Shown here one piece after another: positions 16,777 to 27,082 of a stretch of 64,000 nucleotides of DNA (position 1 is the first letter of the stretch; each line of letters opens with the position of its first letter). A program made the position numbers and the translations under genes. The stretch lies in NCBI RefSeq assembly GCF_003018235.1, contig NZ_CP027437.1, one strand, 5' to 3'. This DNA comes from Escherichia coli. Lineage in GTDB: Bacteria > Pseudomonadota > Gammaproteobacteria > Enterobacterales > Enterobacteriaceae. The notes under the pieces are model-generated. The model had not been told where the DNA came from, ran no database searches, and was given only the letters and a program-made list of their open reading frames with translations.

Positions 16777-18278
16777 TGGCGATTAGTGATGATGTGATTG
16801 GTTTTTTCTCGCCCGGCTGGAAAGCGGCGCGATTACGCTCAAGGGCGTTAATTATGGCCTATGAGGCCGTGAAACCCACCCGCACGCACAAAGCCCGGCG
16901 GGAAAACCGTTCTGCCGATCAGCTCAGTAAATACGGTGCGGTTTCCCTGCGCGAGCAGGCCCGCTTTCTGGATATCAATCATGACCTGGTGATAGGCGTG
17001 TTTGACAAGCTGGAGGAGCGGGTGATTGGCGCCAGGGGGATCACCGTTGAACCTCATCCGGTGCTGAAAAACGGGAAGATTGCGGCGGAGCTGGCAGCGG
17101 ATATCCGGCGGCTGTGGGCGGAATGGTCTGTCAGTCCGGATGTGACCGGACAGTACACCCGTCCCATGCTTGAACGTCTGCTGCTGCGCACCTGGCTGCG
17201 GGACGGGGAAGTGTTTGCGCAGATGGTCAGTGGTGCGGCAGGCGGTCTTAAGCGGTCTGCCGGTGTGCCTTTCTGGCTTGAGGCGATGGAGCCGGATTTT
17301 GTGCCCATGCGCAGTGATGAATCTGCCGGACTGAATCAGGGCGTTTTTCTGGATGAGTGGGGCAGGCCGAAAAAATATCTGGTTTACAAAAATTATCCGG
17401 TTTCCGGGATACAGAGTGATACCAAAGAGATCGCCGCAGACAATATGGTGCACCTGAAGTTCACCCGTCGCCTGCACCAGACGCGTGGCACATCCATGCT
17501 GTCAGGGGTGCTGATGCGGATCAGTGCGCTTAAGGAATATGAAGACGCCGAGCTGACTTCGGCACGTGTTGCGGCGGCGCTGGGGCTGTATATCCGTAAA
17601 GGGGACGGACAGGACTATGAAGATCCGGGGGTGAAAGACAACGAACGTGAAGTGCATATCACCCCGGGCATTATCTATGACGATTTGCGCAAGGGTGAGG
17701 ATATCGGCATGGTCAAATCAGACCGTCCGAATCCCAATCTTGAGAATTTTCGTAACGGCCAGCTGCGTGCGGTGGCGGCAGGCAGTCGTCTGAGCTTTTC
17801 CAGTGCGGCGCGCAACTACAACGGCACCTACAGTGCCCAGCGGCAGGAGCTGGTGGAGTCCACCGATGGTTATTTTATCCTTCAGGACTGCTTTATTGGC
17901 GCGGTAACCCGTCCGGTATACCGGGCATGGCTGAATATGGCGGTTGCGGCAGGTCTGCTGAAAATCCCGACTGGCCTGGATATGAAGACGTTATATAACG
18001 CGACGTATTCCGGTCCGGTGATGCCGTGGATTGACCCGGTTAAGGAAGCTGAAGCCTGGCGGATACAGATCAGGGGTGGTGCCGCGACGGAATCCGACTG
18101 GATCCGCGCAAGCGGGCGCAACCCGGATGAGGTCAAACGTCGCCGTAAGGCTGAAACTGATGAAAACCGCAGGCTGGGGCTGGTCTTTGATACTGACCCC
18201 GTCAACGACAAAGGAGGCAACAGTGCCGGAACTGAACAACAGCGTCAGCAGGCCACCGACAGCCAGCATGAAGAATAA
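16776..18278 (+). CDS. portal protein (lambda gpB-like)
   Basis: 500-aa ORF directly after W with ATGA overlap; lambda-like head gene order. Confidence 0.8.
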   Translation: MAISDDVIGFFSPGWKAARLRSRALIMAYEAVKPTRTHKARRENRSADQLSKYGAVSLREQARFLDINHDLVIGVFDKLEERVIGARGITVEPHPVLKNGKIAAELAADIRRLWAEWSVSPDVTGQYTRPMLERLLLRTWLRDGEVFAQMVSGAAGGLKRSAGVPFWLEAMEPDFVPMRSDESAGLNQGVFLDEWGRPKKYLVYKNYPVSGIQSDTKEIAADNMVHLKFTRRLHQTRGTSMLSGVLMRISALKEYEDAELTSARVAAALGLYIRKGDGQDYEDPGVKDNEREVHITPGIIYDDLRKGEDIGMVKSDRPNPNLENFRNGQLRAVAAGSRLSFSSAARNYNGTYSAQRQELVESTDGYFILQDCFIGAVTRPVYRAWLNMAVAAGLLKIPTGLDMKTLYNATYSGPVMPWIDPVKEAEAWRIQIRGGAATESDWIRASGRNPDEVKRRRKAETDENRRLGLVFDTDPVNDKGGNSAGTEQQRQQATDSQHEE

Positions 18279-20238
18279 ATCCTGGTTCAGGATGCAGGCG
18301 GGTGGTCAGGGTGAGGCGGATATTTATATTTATGACGAGATTGGTTTCTGGGGGGTTACGGCGAAGCAGTTTATCAGTGATCTGAATGCGCTTGGCGACA
18401 TCACCCACATTAATCTCCATATCAATTCACCGGGTGGCGAGGTCTTTGAAGGCATCGCCATTTTTAATACCCTCAGAAATCACGGTGCAGGCATTACCGT
18501 GTATGTGGACGGGGTTGCCGCGTCGATGGCATCCCTGATTGCGATGGCCGGTGACACGGTCATTATGCCGGAAAATGCCTTCATGATGATCCATAAGCCC
18601 TGGGGGATCAGCGGTGGTGACGCGGAGAAAATGCGCACTTATGCCGATCGCCTCGACAAACTTGAGTCGGTTATGGTGCCGGTATATGCGCAGAAAACCG
18701 GGAAAACCACCGATGAAATTGCTGCCATGCTGGCGGATGAGACCTGGATGTCCGGTGCGGAATGTCTGGCACACGGATTTGCAGACCAGGTGACGCCAGC
18801 CGTTAAGGCAATGGCATGTATTCAGTCAAAACGTACAGAGGAATTTAAAAAGATGCCGGAATCCATCAGAAATATGATCACACAACCGTCTGACCGTACC
18901 CCGCGTGAGGCGACCACCACACAGGCAGTCACAGAACCCGCCCCGGCACCGGCAGCGCCAGATGAGGAGACCATCCGGGCCAGTGTACTGGCGGAGCAGA
19001 AGGCCCGTATGTCAGGCATTAACGATCTGTTTGCCATGTTTGGTGGTCGTTATCAGGCACTTCATGCGCAGTGTGTGGCCGATCCCGGCTGCTCGCTGGA
19101 GATGGCCCGAGAGCGTCTGCTGAATGAAATGGGTAAGGAGTCCTCGCCGACTAACAAAACCACACCGGCACATATTTATGCCGGAAACGGTAATTTTGTG
19201 GGTGACGGGATCCGTCAGGCGCTGATGGCCCGCGCCGGATTTGAGACTACGGAGAAGGATAATGCCTATAACGGGATGACCCTGCGTGAATGCGCCCGCA
19301 TGTCACTGACGGAGCGGGGGATCGGGGTGGCCAGTTACAACCCCATGCAGATGGTGGGGCTGGCGCTGACGCACAGCACCTCGGATTTTGGCAATATCCT
19401 GCTGGATGTGTCGAATAAGGGACTGATTCAGGGCTGGGAGGAATCAGAGGAAACCTTCCAGAAATGGACCCGCAAAGGTCGCCTGTCTGACTTCAAAACG
19501 GCATACCGTGTGGGGATGGGGGGCTTTGGTTCACTGCGTCAGGTGCGCGAAGGGGCAGAGTACAAGTACATCACCACCTCAGACCGCAGGGAAACCATCG
19601 CGCTGGCGACCTACGGGGAAATTTTCTCCATCACCCGTCAGGCCATTATCAATGATGACCTGAATATGCTGGTGGATGTCCCGATGAAGATGGGGCGTGC
19701 CGCGAAGGCAACGATTGGTGACCTGGTGTATGACGTGCTGACAAAAAATCCGAAACTGTCAGACGGCAAGGCGCTGTTCCATGCCGATCACCAGAATATT
19801 GCCACCGGCGGGATCTCCGTTTCCGGTCTGGATGCGGCACGTCAGATGATGCGTCTGCAGAAGGAGGGGAATCGTGCACTGAATATCCGTCCGGCCTTCA
19901 TGCTGGTACCGGTGGCGCTGGAGACGGTGGCAAACCAGACCATCAAATCGGCCAGTGTGAAAGGGGCGGATGCGAATGCCGGTGTCATTAACCCGATTCA
20001 GAACTTTGCCGAAGTGATTGCGGAAGCGCGTCTTGATGCGGCAGATCCGAAAACCTGGTATCTGGCGGCGGCACAGGGGACCGATACGATAGAAGTGGCC
20101 TGGCTGGATGGTGTGGACACGCCGTATATTGATCAGCAGGAAGGCTTCACCACTGACGGTATCGCCACAAAAATCCGTATTGATGCCGGTGTGGCACCGC
20201 TTGACTGGCGCGGACTGGTACGATCATCTGCTGCCTGA
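18268..20238 (+). CDS. prohead protease (ClpP/S14 family) fused to major capsid protein
   Basis: N-terminal ClpP-like region INSPGGEVFEGIAIFNTLRNH...ASMASLIAMAGD; about 450 aa C-terminal extension in capsid position. Confidence 0.7.
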   Translation: MKNKSWFRMQAGGQGEADIYIYDEIGFWGVTAKQFISDLNALGDITHINLHINSPGGEVFEGIAIFNTLRNHGAGITVYVDGVAASMASLIAMAGDTVIMPENAFMMIHKPWGISGGDAEKMRTYADRLDKLESVMVPVYAQKTGKTTDEIAAMLADETWMSGAECLAHGFADQVTPAVKAMACIQSKRTEEFKKMPESIRNMITQPSDRTPREATTTQAVTEPAPAPAAPDEETIRASVLAEQKARMSGINDLFAMFGGRYQALHAQCVADPGCSLEMARERLLNEMGKESSPTNKTTPAHIYAGNGNFVGDGIRQALMARAGFETTEKDNAYNGMTLRECARMSLTERGIGVASYNPMQMVGLALTHSTSDFGNILLDVSNKGLIQGWEESEETFQKWTRKGRLSDFKTAYRVGMGGFGSLRQVREGAEYKYITTSDRRETIALATYGEIFSITRQAIINDDLNMLVDVPMKMGRAAKATIGDLVYDVLTKNPKLSDGKALFHADHQNIATGGISVSGLDAARQMMRLQKEGNRALNIRPAFMLVPVALETVANQTIKSASVKGADANAGVINPIQNFAEVIAEARLDAADPKTWYLAAAQGTDTIEVAWLDGVDTPYIDQQEGFTTDGIATKIRIDAGVAPLDWRGLVRSSAA

Positions 20239-20325
20239 TAACCGGCCCGACACAATCACTGCCCGTAAGGGCTTTTTTTATGCCTGAAAACAGCCCCGCC
20301 GGGGGCTGTCCGGAGATACAGCATT

Positions 20326-20652
20326 ATGGCGAAAAATTTTGTACAGGACGGCACCACCATTGAACTGGTGAATGCCGGGGATCAGACCATTCTGAGCGGT
20401 GCCGCTGTGGTGGTCGGCAGCATGGTGGCGGTGGCCATTACCGATATTCCTGCCGGGGAAACCGGTGACGGGTTCGCAGAAGGCGTGTTCCTGCTGCCAA
20501 AACAGTCAGTTGATGATATTCCGCAGGGGACGGTGGTTTATCTGAAGGATGGCCTTGTGCAGCCTGCGGCGGATGGTGCAGTGGCGGCAGGGGTGGCATG
20601 GGAACATGCGACGGCAGGCAGCGACACAGTGGCGGTCAGAATCAATGCCTGA
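20326..20652 (+). CDS. small head-associated protein (DUF2190-like, from memory)
   Basis: 108 aa Gly/Ala/Val-rich ORF after capsid gene; GGAGA RBS. Confidence 0.45.
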   Translation: MAKNFVQDGTTIELVNAGDQTILSGAAVVVGSMVAVAITDIPAGETGDGFAEGVFLLPKQSVDDIPQGTVVYLKDGLVQPAADGAVAAGVAWEHATAGSDTVAVRINA

Positions 20653-20926
20653 TTTGCTTTCACGGATGTGCCGCCATATGGATCTGGCGACGGTGCGCAT
20701 GATGGGAAAAACGGCGGAGATTAACGGCGTCAGTTATGACGTGATACCGGAGTATGAGTCCGCTGATATGGGGGCGCTTTCCGGCAGTCAGTTGTCACTG
20801 GTGGTGTTTTCAGCGCAGTACCGGCCTGCCCGCGATGATGTGGTTGTGTTTGACGGTCGCTCACTGGTGGTGACCCGTTATGACACTTACAACGGTAAAC
20901 CCCGGATTTTTGTCGAACAGGAGTAA
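20645..20926 (+). CDS. head-tail adaptor/head completion protein (93 aa)
   Basis: Position between capsid and tail genes; ATG in ORF 20549 frame. Confidence 0.4.
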   Translation: MPDLLSRMCRHMDLATVRMMGKTAEINGVSYDVIPEYESADMGALSGSQLSLVVFSAQYRPARDDVVVFDGRSLVVTRYDTYNGKPRIFVEQE

Positions 20927-20928
20927 GT

Positions 20929-21552
20929 ATGGCGATAAAAGGTCTGGCGCAGGCCATGAAAAATCTGGATGCCATTGATCGCCGTGCCGTTCCCCGTGCT
21001 GCTGCCACGACGCTTAACCGTGTGGCGGCGTCCGTTATTGCGAAAACAGCCTCTTCGGTTGCCCGGGAGCTGGCGGTCCCACGACGTCTTATCCGTGAGC
21101 GTATCCGCCTGCAACAGGCCAGCGCAGACAGGGTTTATGCGAAGGTCATCATCAACACCGGTAATCTGCCCGCCATAAAACTGGGGACGGCCAGCGTGCG
21201 GCTTTCCCGCAGAAAGCGGCGAAAGAAAGGCGAGCGATCGGTCACGAAAGGCGGTGGCAGCGTGCTGATTGTCGGGAAACGGCGGATCCCGAATGCCTTT
21301 ATTACCCGGCTGGAAAATGGCCGGTGGCATGTGATGCAGCGTATGCCGTGGGCGTCGTCGTCAACCGGTGTTGACCGTAAGGGCAGGCCTGCGCGTTATC
21401 GTCTGCCGATTGATGTGGTGAAAATCCCGACGGTAAAACCGCTGACAGAAACCTTTGAGCGTGAACGTGAGCGAATGTACCGGGAGAAATTACCGGAACA
21501 GATGATGAAAGCCATGACGCAGCAGTTGCGTCTGGTCATGAAACGAAAATGA
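20929..21552 (+). CDS. tail completion protein (gpZ-like)
   Basis: Position and size; AGGAG RBS. Confidence 0.5.
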   Translation: MAIKGLAQAMKNLDAIDRRAVPRAAATTLNRVAASVIAKTASSVARELAVPRRLIRERIRLQQASADRVYAKVIINTGNLPAIKLGTASVRLSRRKRRKKGERSVTKGGGSVLIVGKRRIPNAFITRLENGRWHVMQRMPWASSSTGVDRKGRPARYRLPIDVVKIPTVKPLTETFERERERMYREKLPEQMMKAMTQQLRLVMKRK

Positions 21553-21563
21553 CAGGGGGTGGC

Positions 21564-21962
21564 ATGAAACACCGTGAGATACGGGCGGCAATACTGTCTG
21601 CCCTGAAGGCAAATATTGCTGAGCGGGTGACCTGGTTTGACGGGCGACCTGTTTTTATTGACGAGCAGGAGCTTCCGGCAGTGGCGGTCTACCTGACTGA
21701 CGCGTCAGCGGCTGACGAGTTTGTGGATGAGGATACCTGGGAGGCGGTACTGCATGTCGAAGTGTTTCTCAGGGCAAAAGAGACGGACTCCGTACTGGAT
21801 ACATGGATGGAAGAAAAAATTTTTCCGGCGCTGGAAGGCGTTCCCGGTCTCAGTGCACTGCTGCTGAAAATGAATCTTCAGGGGTACGACTACAGCCGTG
21901 ATGATGAATTCATGATGTGGGGATCGGCAGATCTCCGGTGGAACATTACCTACGAAATGTGA
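21564..21962 (+). CDS. minor tail protein (gpU-like, tail terminator)
   Basis: Position immediately before major tail gene; 132 aa; AGGGGG RBS. Confidence 0.55.
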   Translation: MKHREIRAAILSALKANIAERVTWFDGRPVFIDEQELPAVAVYLTDASAADEFVDEDTWEAVLHVEVFLRAKETDSVLDTWMEEKIFPALEGVPGLSALLLKMNLQGYDYSRDDEFMMWGSADLRWNITYEM

Positions 21963-21969
21963 GGACGAT

Positions 21970-22728
21970 ATGTCAACACCTAATCCTCTTGAGCCGGTAA
22001 AAGGCTCCGGCACCACACTCTGGCTTTATTCCGGAAATGGTGATGCTTATGCAAATCCACTGTCTGATGATGACTGGACGCGACTGGCAAAAATCAAGGA
22101 ACTGACGCCGGGCGATATGACGGCAGAATCCTATGACGATAACTACCTGGATGATGAGGATGCCGACTGGGTTTCCACCGGGCAGGGACAGAAATCGGCG
22201 GGTGATACCAGTTTCACCCTGGCCTGGAAGCCCGGTGAGGCAGGCCAGCAGGCGCTGTTGCGGTGGTTTGATGAGGGCGATACCCGTGCCTATAAAATCC
22301 GTTTTCCCAATGGCACGGTCGATGTGTTCCGTGGCTGGGTGAGCAGTATTGGCAAGGCCGTCACCGCAAAAGAAGTGATCACCCGTACGATAAAAGTCAC
22401 CAATATTGGTCGTCCGTCGCTGGCGGAAGACAGCGGAACCATCACGCCGGTGACGGGGATCACCGTCACACCGGCCACGGCTTCTGTTGAGGCGGGGAAA
22501 ACGGTGGAACTGACGGTGGCCGTTCAGCCGGATACGGCATCGGACAAAACCTTCCGGGTGTCATCTGACCACAACAATGTGGCGACGGTGACCGTGAAGG
22601 ATAACGTCATCACGGTGAAAGGGGTGGCAAAAGGTACCGCGCTTATCCCGGTCATGAGTAATGGTGGCGCTTTCGCTGCCGTGGCCACCGTAACGGTCAC
22701 AACACCTGCAGCACAGCCTGCCACTTAA
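21970..22728 (+). CDS. major tail protein (gpV-like) with C-terminal Ig-like domain
   Basis: 252 aa, lambda V-like; C-terminal Big_2-like segment. Confidence 0.75.
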   Translation: MSTPNPLEPVKGSGTTLWLYSGNGDAYANPLSDDDWTRLAKIKELTPGDMTAESYDDNYLDDEDADWVSTGQGQKSAGDTSFTLAWKPGEAGQQALLRWFDEGDTRAYKIRFPNGTVDVFRGWVSSIGKAVTAKEVITRTIKVTNIGRPSLAEDSGTITPVTGITVTPATASVEAGKTVELTVAVQPDTASDKTFRVSSDHNNVATVTVKDNVITVKGVAKGTALIPVMSNGGAFAAVATVTVTTPAAQPAT

Positions 22729-22746
22729 TTTTCCGGGAGTGAATTC

Positions 22747-23163
22747 ATGTTTCTGAAAACGGAACCGTTTGAATATAACGGGCAGACTGTCACGCTCAGC
22801 GAACTGTCCGCCCTGCAGCGCCTCGAGTATCTGGCCTGGGTGAAGGAGAAGGAAGAACAGCGGGGGGAGGGTGTCAGTGAACAGCAGGCGCTCACTGACA
22901 TCATCAGCGAAGGTGCCCTGCTGGTGGCCATGTCGCTCTGGCATCACCATGAGCTGAACGGAGCGTCATCCTCACTGCGTGAAGAGACGGACAGGCTCAT
23001 GCAGGAAGTCCTGACCTCCTGGCCGGTGGAAGCCATCGCCGCAGGCCGGAACGTGGTGGCACGTCTGAGTGGTATGTCGGCTCCGGCAGGTGAAAAATCC
23101 CCCGCTCAGGGGGGTAAAACAGACGAACCGGTAACGGCAAAAAAGCGTACGAAGGGGAGCTGA
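22747..23163 (+). CDS. tail assembly chaperone G
   Basis: 138 aa, lambda G position; ends ...VTAKKRTKGS. Confidence 0.7.
   Translation: MFLKTEPFEYNGQTVTLSELSALQRLEYLAWVKEKEEQRGEGVSEQQALTDIISEGALLVAMSLWHHHELNGASSSLREETDRLMQEVLTSWPVEAIAAGRNVVARLSGMSAPAGEKSPAQGGKTDEPVTAKKRTKGS
23139..23145 (+). other. programmed -1 ribosomal frameshift slippery heptamer A_AAA_AAG giving the G-T fusion
   Basis: Heptamer in G frame 7 codons before stop; -1 frame stays open to 23471. Confidence 0.6.
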
Positions 23164-23460
23164 TTTTTGCCCTGCAACTGGCGCGCGAGATGGGCCGTCC
23201 TGACTGGCGTGCCATGCTGGCCGGGATGTCATCAACCGAGTATTCCGACTGGCGTCATTTTTACCGCACGCATTATTTTCAGGATGCACAACTGGATATG
23301 CATTTTGCCGGGCTGACGTATGCCGTACTCAGCCTGTTTTTTGCCGATCCTGATATGAGTCCGTCTGATTTCAGCCTGCTGAACCGGCGTGGTGCTGAAG
23401 AAGAGCCTGAAGATGATGTGCTGATGTCGGTATCAGAAGGTATAGCAGGAGGTGTCCGCT

Positions 23461-26058
23461 ATGGCGGGTAACTTTGCAGATCTGACAGCAATTCTGACCC
23501 TGGATTCCACCCGCTTTTCTGAAGAAATGGGGCGGGTGAAAAAAGAGCTTGGCGAAACCAGCTCACTGGCAGACACGATGTCAGGCAAGGTCAGCCAGTC
23601 CCTGAATAAATCCGCAGAGGCCATTGAGCAGAGTCTGAGCCGTCAGGCGCTGGCCGCACAGAAAGCGGGGATTTCCGTCGGGCAGTATAAAGCCGCCATG
23701 CGTATGCTGCCTGCACAGTTCACGGATGTCGCCACGCAGCTTGCAGGCGGGCAAAGTCCGTGGCTGATCATGCTGCAACAGGGGGGCCAGGTGAAGGACT
23801 CCTTTGGCGGGATAATCCCTATGTTCAGGAGCCTTGCCGGTGCTGTCACCCTGCCGATGGCCGGGCTCACCTCGCTGGCGGTGGCGACAGGTGCGCTGGT
23901 GTATGCCTGGTACAAGGGTGATACCGTCCTGTCTGAATTTAATAAAACGCTGGTTCTTTCCGGTAATCAGTCGGGACTGACGGCAGATCGTATGTTGTCC
24001 CTGACCAGAGCCGGGCAGGCGGCAGGGCTGACGTTTAACCAGACCAGTGAGGCACTGACGGCGCTGGTGAATGCCGGTGTGCGTGGTGGTGAGCAGTTTG
24101 AAGCCATCAGCCAGAGTGTGGCACGTTTCTCCGCCGCATCGGGTGTGGAGGTGGACAAGGTTGCTGAAGCCTTCGGGAAGCTGACCACCGACCCGACGTC
24201 GGGGCTGACGGCGATGGCGCACCAGTTCCATAACGTGACGGCGGAGCAGATTGCGTATGTTGCTCAGTTGCAGCGTTCCGGCGATGAAGCCGGGGCATTG
24301 CAGGCGGCGAACGAGGCCGCAACGAAAGGGTTTGATGACCAGACCCGCCGCCTGAAAGAAAACATGGGGACACTGGAGACCTGGGCAGACAGGACAGCAC
24401 GGGCATTCAAATCCATGTGGGATGCGGTGCTGGATATTGGTCGTCCTGATACCGCGCAGGAGATGCTGATTAAGGCAGAGGCCGCGTTTAAGAAAGCGGA
24501 CGATATCTGGAATCTGCGCAAGGATGATTATTTTGTTAACGATGAAGCGCGGGCGCGTTACTGGGATGATCGTGAAAAGGCCCGTCTTGCGCTTGAAGCC
24601 GCCAGAAAGAAGGCAGAACAGCAGAGTCAACAGGACAAAAATGCGCAGCAGCAGAGCGATACCGAAGCGTCACGGCTGAAATATACCGAAGAGGCGCAGA
24701 AGGCTTACGAACGGCTGCAGACGCCGCTGGAAAAATACACCGCCCGTCAGGAGGAGCTGAATAAAGCCCTGAAGGCCGGGAAAATCCTGCAGGCGGACTA
24801 CAACACGCTGATGGCGGCGGCGAAAAAGGACTATGAGTCGACGCTGAAAAAGCCGAAACAGTCAGGCGTGAAAGTGTCAGCAGGCGATCGTCAGGAGGAC
24901 AACACCCGTACAGCGCTGCTGGCGCTGCAGACTGAGCTGCGGACACTTCAGGCCCACGCCGGGGCGAATGAAAAAATCAGCCAGCAGCGTCGGGAACTGT
25001 GGAAGGCGGAAAGTCAGTATGCGGTACTGGCGGAGGCGGCACAACGTCGCCAGTTATCCGCACAGGAGAAATCCCTGCTGGCGCATAAAGACGAGACGCT
25101 GGAGTACAGACGCCAGCTGGCTGACCTGGGCGACAAGGTTGAATACCAGAAACGGCTGAACGAGCTGGCAGACCAGGCGGAGAAATTTGCACAGCAGCAG
25201 CGGGCAAAACAGGCTGCCATCAGTGCAAAAGGCAGGGGGCTGACTGACAGGCAGGCGCAGCGGGAGTCAGAAGAGCAGCGGTTGCGCGAGGTGTATGGTG
25301 ATAATCCGCAGGCGCTGGTGAAGGCAACAGGTGCGCTGAAACAGACATGGGCTTCGGAAGACCAGCTGAATGGCAGCTGGATGGCCGGGCTTCAGTCGGG
25401 CTGGAGCCAGTGGGCTGAGAGTGCGATGGACAGTTTTTCGCAGGTGAAAAGTGTGTCCATGCAGACCTTTGACGGGATTGCGCAGAATATGGCAGCAATG
25501 CTGACCGGCAGTGAACAGAACTGGCGCAGCTTCACCCGTTCGGTGTTGTCGATGCTGACAGAAATTCTGCTGAAGCAGGCCATGGCCGGAATGGTCGGAA
25601 GTGCGATCAGTGCCATTGGCAGCGCTTTCGGCGGTGGTGCGTCGGCTTCAGCCGGTACGGCCATTCAGGCTGCGGCGGCGAACTTCCATTTTGCGACCGG
25701 AGGATTTACGGGCACGGGTGGCAAATATGAGCCTGCGGGGATTGTTCACCGCGGGGAGTTTGTCTTCACGAAGGAGGCAACCAGCCGGATTGGTGTCGGT
25801 AACCTGTACCGCCTGATGCGGGGCTATGCGGAAGGTGGTTATGTGGGCGGTGCCGGAAGTCCGGCGCAGATGCGGCGGGCGGAAGGTATCCGGTTTGAGC
25901 AGAACAACAGCGTGGTGATTCAGAACGACGGTACCAACGGGCAGGCGGGACCGCAACTGATGAAGGCGGTGTATGACATGGCCCGCAAAGGGGCGCAGGA
26001 TGAGATTCAGGCGCAGATGCGTGATGGCGGCGTATTTTCCGGAGGAGGTGGACGATGA
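23461..26058 (+). CDS. tail tape measure protein (lambda gpH-like)
   Basis: Near-colinear match to lambda H recalled from memory; AGGAGG RBS. Confidence 0.9.
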   Translation: MAGNFADLTAILTLDSTRFSEEMGRVKKELGETSSLADTMSGKVSQSLNKSAEAIEQSLSRQALAAQKAGISVGQYKAAMRMLPAQFTDVATQLAGGQSPWLIMLQQGGQVKDSFGGIIPMFRSLAGAVTLPMAGLTSLAVATGALVYAWYKGDTVLSEFNKTLVLSGNQSGLTADRMLSLTRAGQAAGLTFNQTSEALTALVNAGVRGGEQFEAISQSVARFSAASGVEVDKVAEAFGKLTTDPTSGLTAMAHQFHNVTAEQIAYVAQLQRSGDEAGALQAANEAATKGFDDQTRRLKENMGTLETWADRTARAFKSMWDAVLDIGRPDTAQEMLIKAEAAFKKADDIWNLRKDDYFVNDEARARYWDDREKARLALEAARKKAEQQSQQDKNAQQQSDTEASRLKYTEEAQKAYERLQTPLEKYTARQEELNKALKAGKILQADYNTLMAAAKKDYESTLKKPKQSGVKVSAGDRQEDNTRTALLALQTELRTLQAHAGANEKISQQRRELWKAESQYAVLAEAAQRRQLSAQEKSLLAHKDETLEYRRQLADLGDKVEYQKRLNELADQAEKFAQQQRAKQAAISAKGRGLTDRQAQRESEEQRLREVYGDNPQALVKATGALKQTWASEDQLNGSWMAGLQSGWSQWAESAMDSFSQVKSVSMQTFDGIAQNMAAMLTGSEQNWRSFTRSVLSMLTEILLKQAMAGMVGSAISAIGSAFGGGASASAGTAIQAAAANFHFATGGFTGTGGKYEPAGIVHRGEFVFTKEATSRIGVGNLYRLMRGYAEGGYVGGAGSPAQMRRAEGIRFEQNNSVVIQNDGTNGQAGPQLMKAVYDMARKGAQDEIQAQMRDGGVFSGGGGR

Positions 26059-26384
26059 AAACCTTCCGCTGGAAAGTGAAGCCGGATATGGAGGTCAGTT
26101 CGCAGCCATCGGTACGGGAGGTGCGCTTTGGTGATGGTTATTCCCAGCGTGCGCCTGCCGGGCTGAATGCCGACCTGAAAACGTACAGCGTGACGCTTTC
26201 TGTCTCCCGGGAGGAGGCCCGGTATCTGGAAGCATTCCTGGCAGAGCACGGAGGCTGGAAGGCGTTTCTGTGGACGCCGCCTTATGGTTACAGGCAGATA
26301 AAGGTGACCTGCGCCAGGTGGTCATCCCGGGTGGGAATGCTGCGAGTGGAATTCAGCGCGGAGTTTAAACAGGTGGTGAACTGA
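26055..26384 (+). CDS. minor tail protein M
   Basis: 109 aa as in lambda M; GGAGGAGG RBS; ATGA overlap with H. Confidence 0.8.
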   Translation: MKTFRWKVKPDMEVSSQPSVREVRFGDGYSQRAPAGLNADLKTYSVTLSVSREEARYLEAFLAEHGGWKAFLWTPPYGYRQIKVTCARWSSRVGMLRVEFSAEFKQVVN

Positions 26385-27082
26385 TGCAGGAAATTCACGA
26401 AGAGAGCCTGAACGAGTCGGTAAAATCAGAGCAGTCAGCCCGCGTGGTGCTGTGGGAAATCGACCTGACAGCGGTCGGTGGTGAACGGTATTTTTTCTGT
26501 AATGAGCTGAATGAAAAAGGGGAGCCTGTGACCTGGCAGGGCAGGGAGTATCAGGCATACCCGATTGACGGCAGCGGTTTTGAGATGAACGGAAAGGGCA
26601 GCAGTGCCCGCCCGTCACTGACGGTGTCCAATCTTTTCGGGCTGGTCACCGGCATGGCGGAGGACCTGCAGAGCCTGGTGGGGGCCACAGTGGTCCGCCG
26701 CCGGGTGTATGCCCGTTTTCTGGATGCGGTGAATTTTGTGGCGGGAAATCCGGAGGCTGACCCGGAGCAGGAGCTGACGGACCGCTGGGTGGTGGAGCAG
26801 ATGTCAGAGCTCACAGCCATGAAGGCCTCGTTTGTGCTGGCGACACCGACGGAGACGGACGGGGCGCTGTTTCCCGGTCGCATCATGCTGGCGAACACCT
26901 GCACCTGGGATTACCGGGGGGAGGAGTGCGGTTATGACGGTCCGGCAGTCGCAGATGAATATGACCAGCCCACATCTGATATCGCGAAGGACAAGTGCAG
27001 TAAATGCCTGCGCGGGTGTGAGCTGCGCGGGAATGTGGCAAACGGCGGTTTTTTCCTTTCCATCAATAAGCTTTCGCAGTGA
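26384..27082 (+). CDS. minor tail protein L
   Basis: 232 aa as in lambda L; C-terminal Cys cluster CTWDYRGEECGY...CSKCLRGC. Confidence 0.8.
   Translation: MQEIHEESLNESVKSEQSARVVLWEIDLTAVGGERYFFCNELNEKGEPVTWQGREYQAYPIDGSGFEMNGKGSSARPSLTVSNLFGLVTGMAEDLQSLVGATVVRRRVYARFLDAVNFVAGNPEADPEQELTDRWVVEQMSELTAMKASFVLATPTETDGALFPGRIMLANTCTWDYRGEECGYDGPAVADEYDQPTSDIAKDKCSKCLRGCELRGNVANGGFFLSINKLSQ

Noticed and set aside
23581-24630. 349-aa minus-strand ORF inside the tape measure gene
   Set aside because: Antisense to a strongly supported lambda H-like gene; Arg/Pro/Gly-rich composition typical of GC-rich antisense frames. The same applies to the minus-strand ORFs at 30020..31234 (inside J), 15794..16366 (terminase), 16848..17477 (portal) and 3005..3778.
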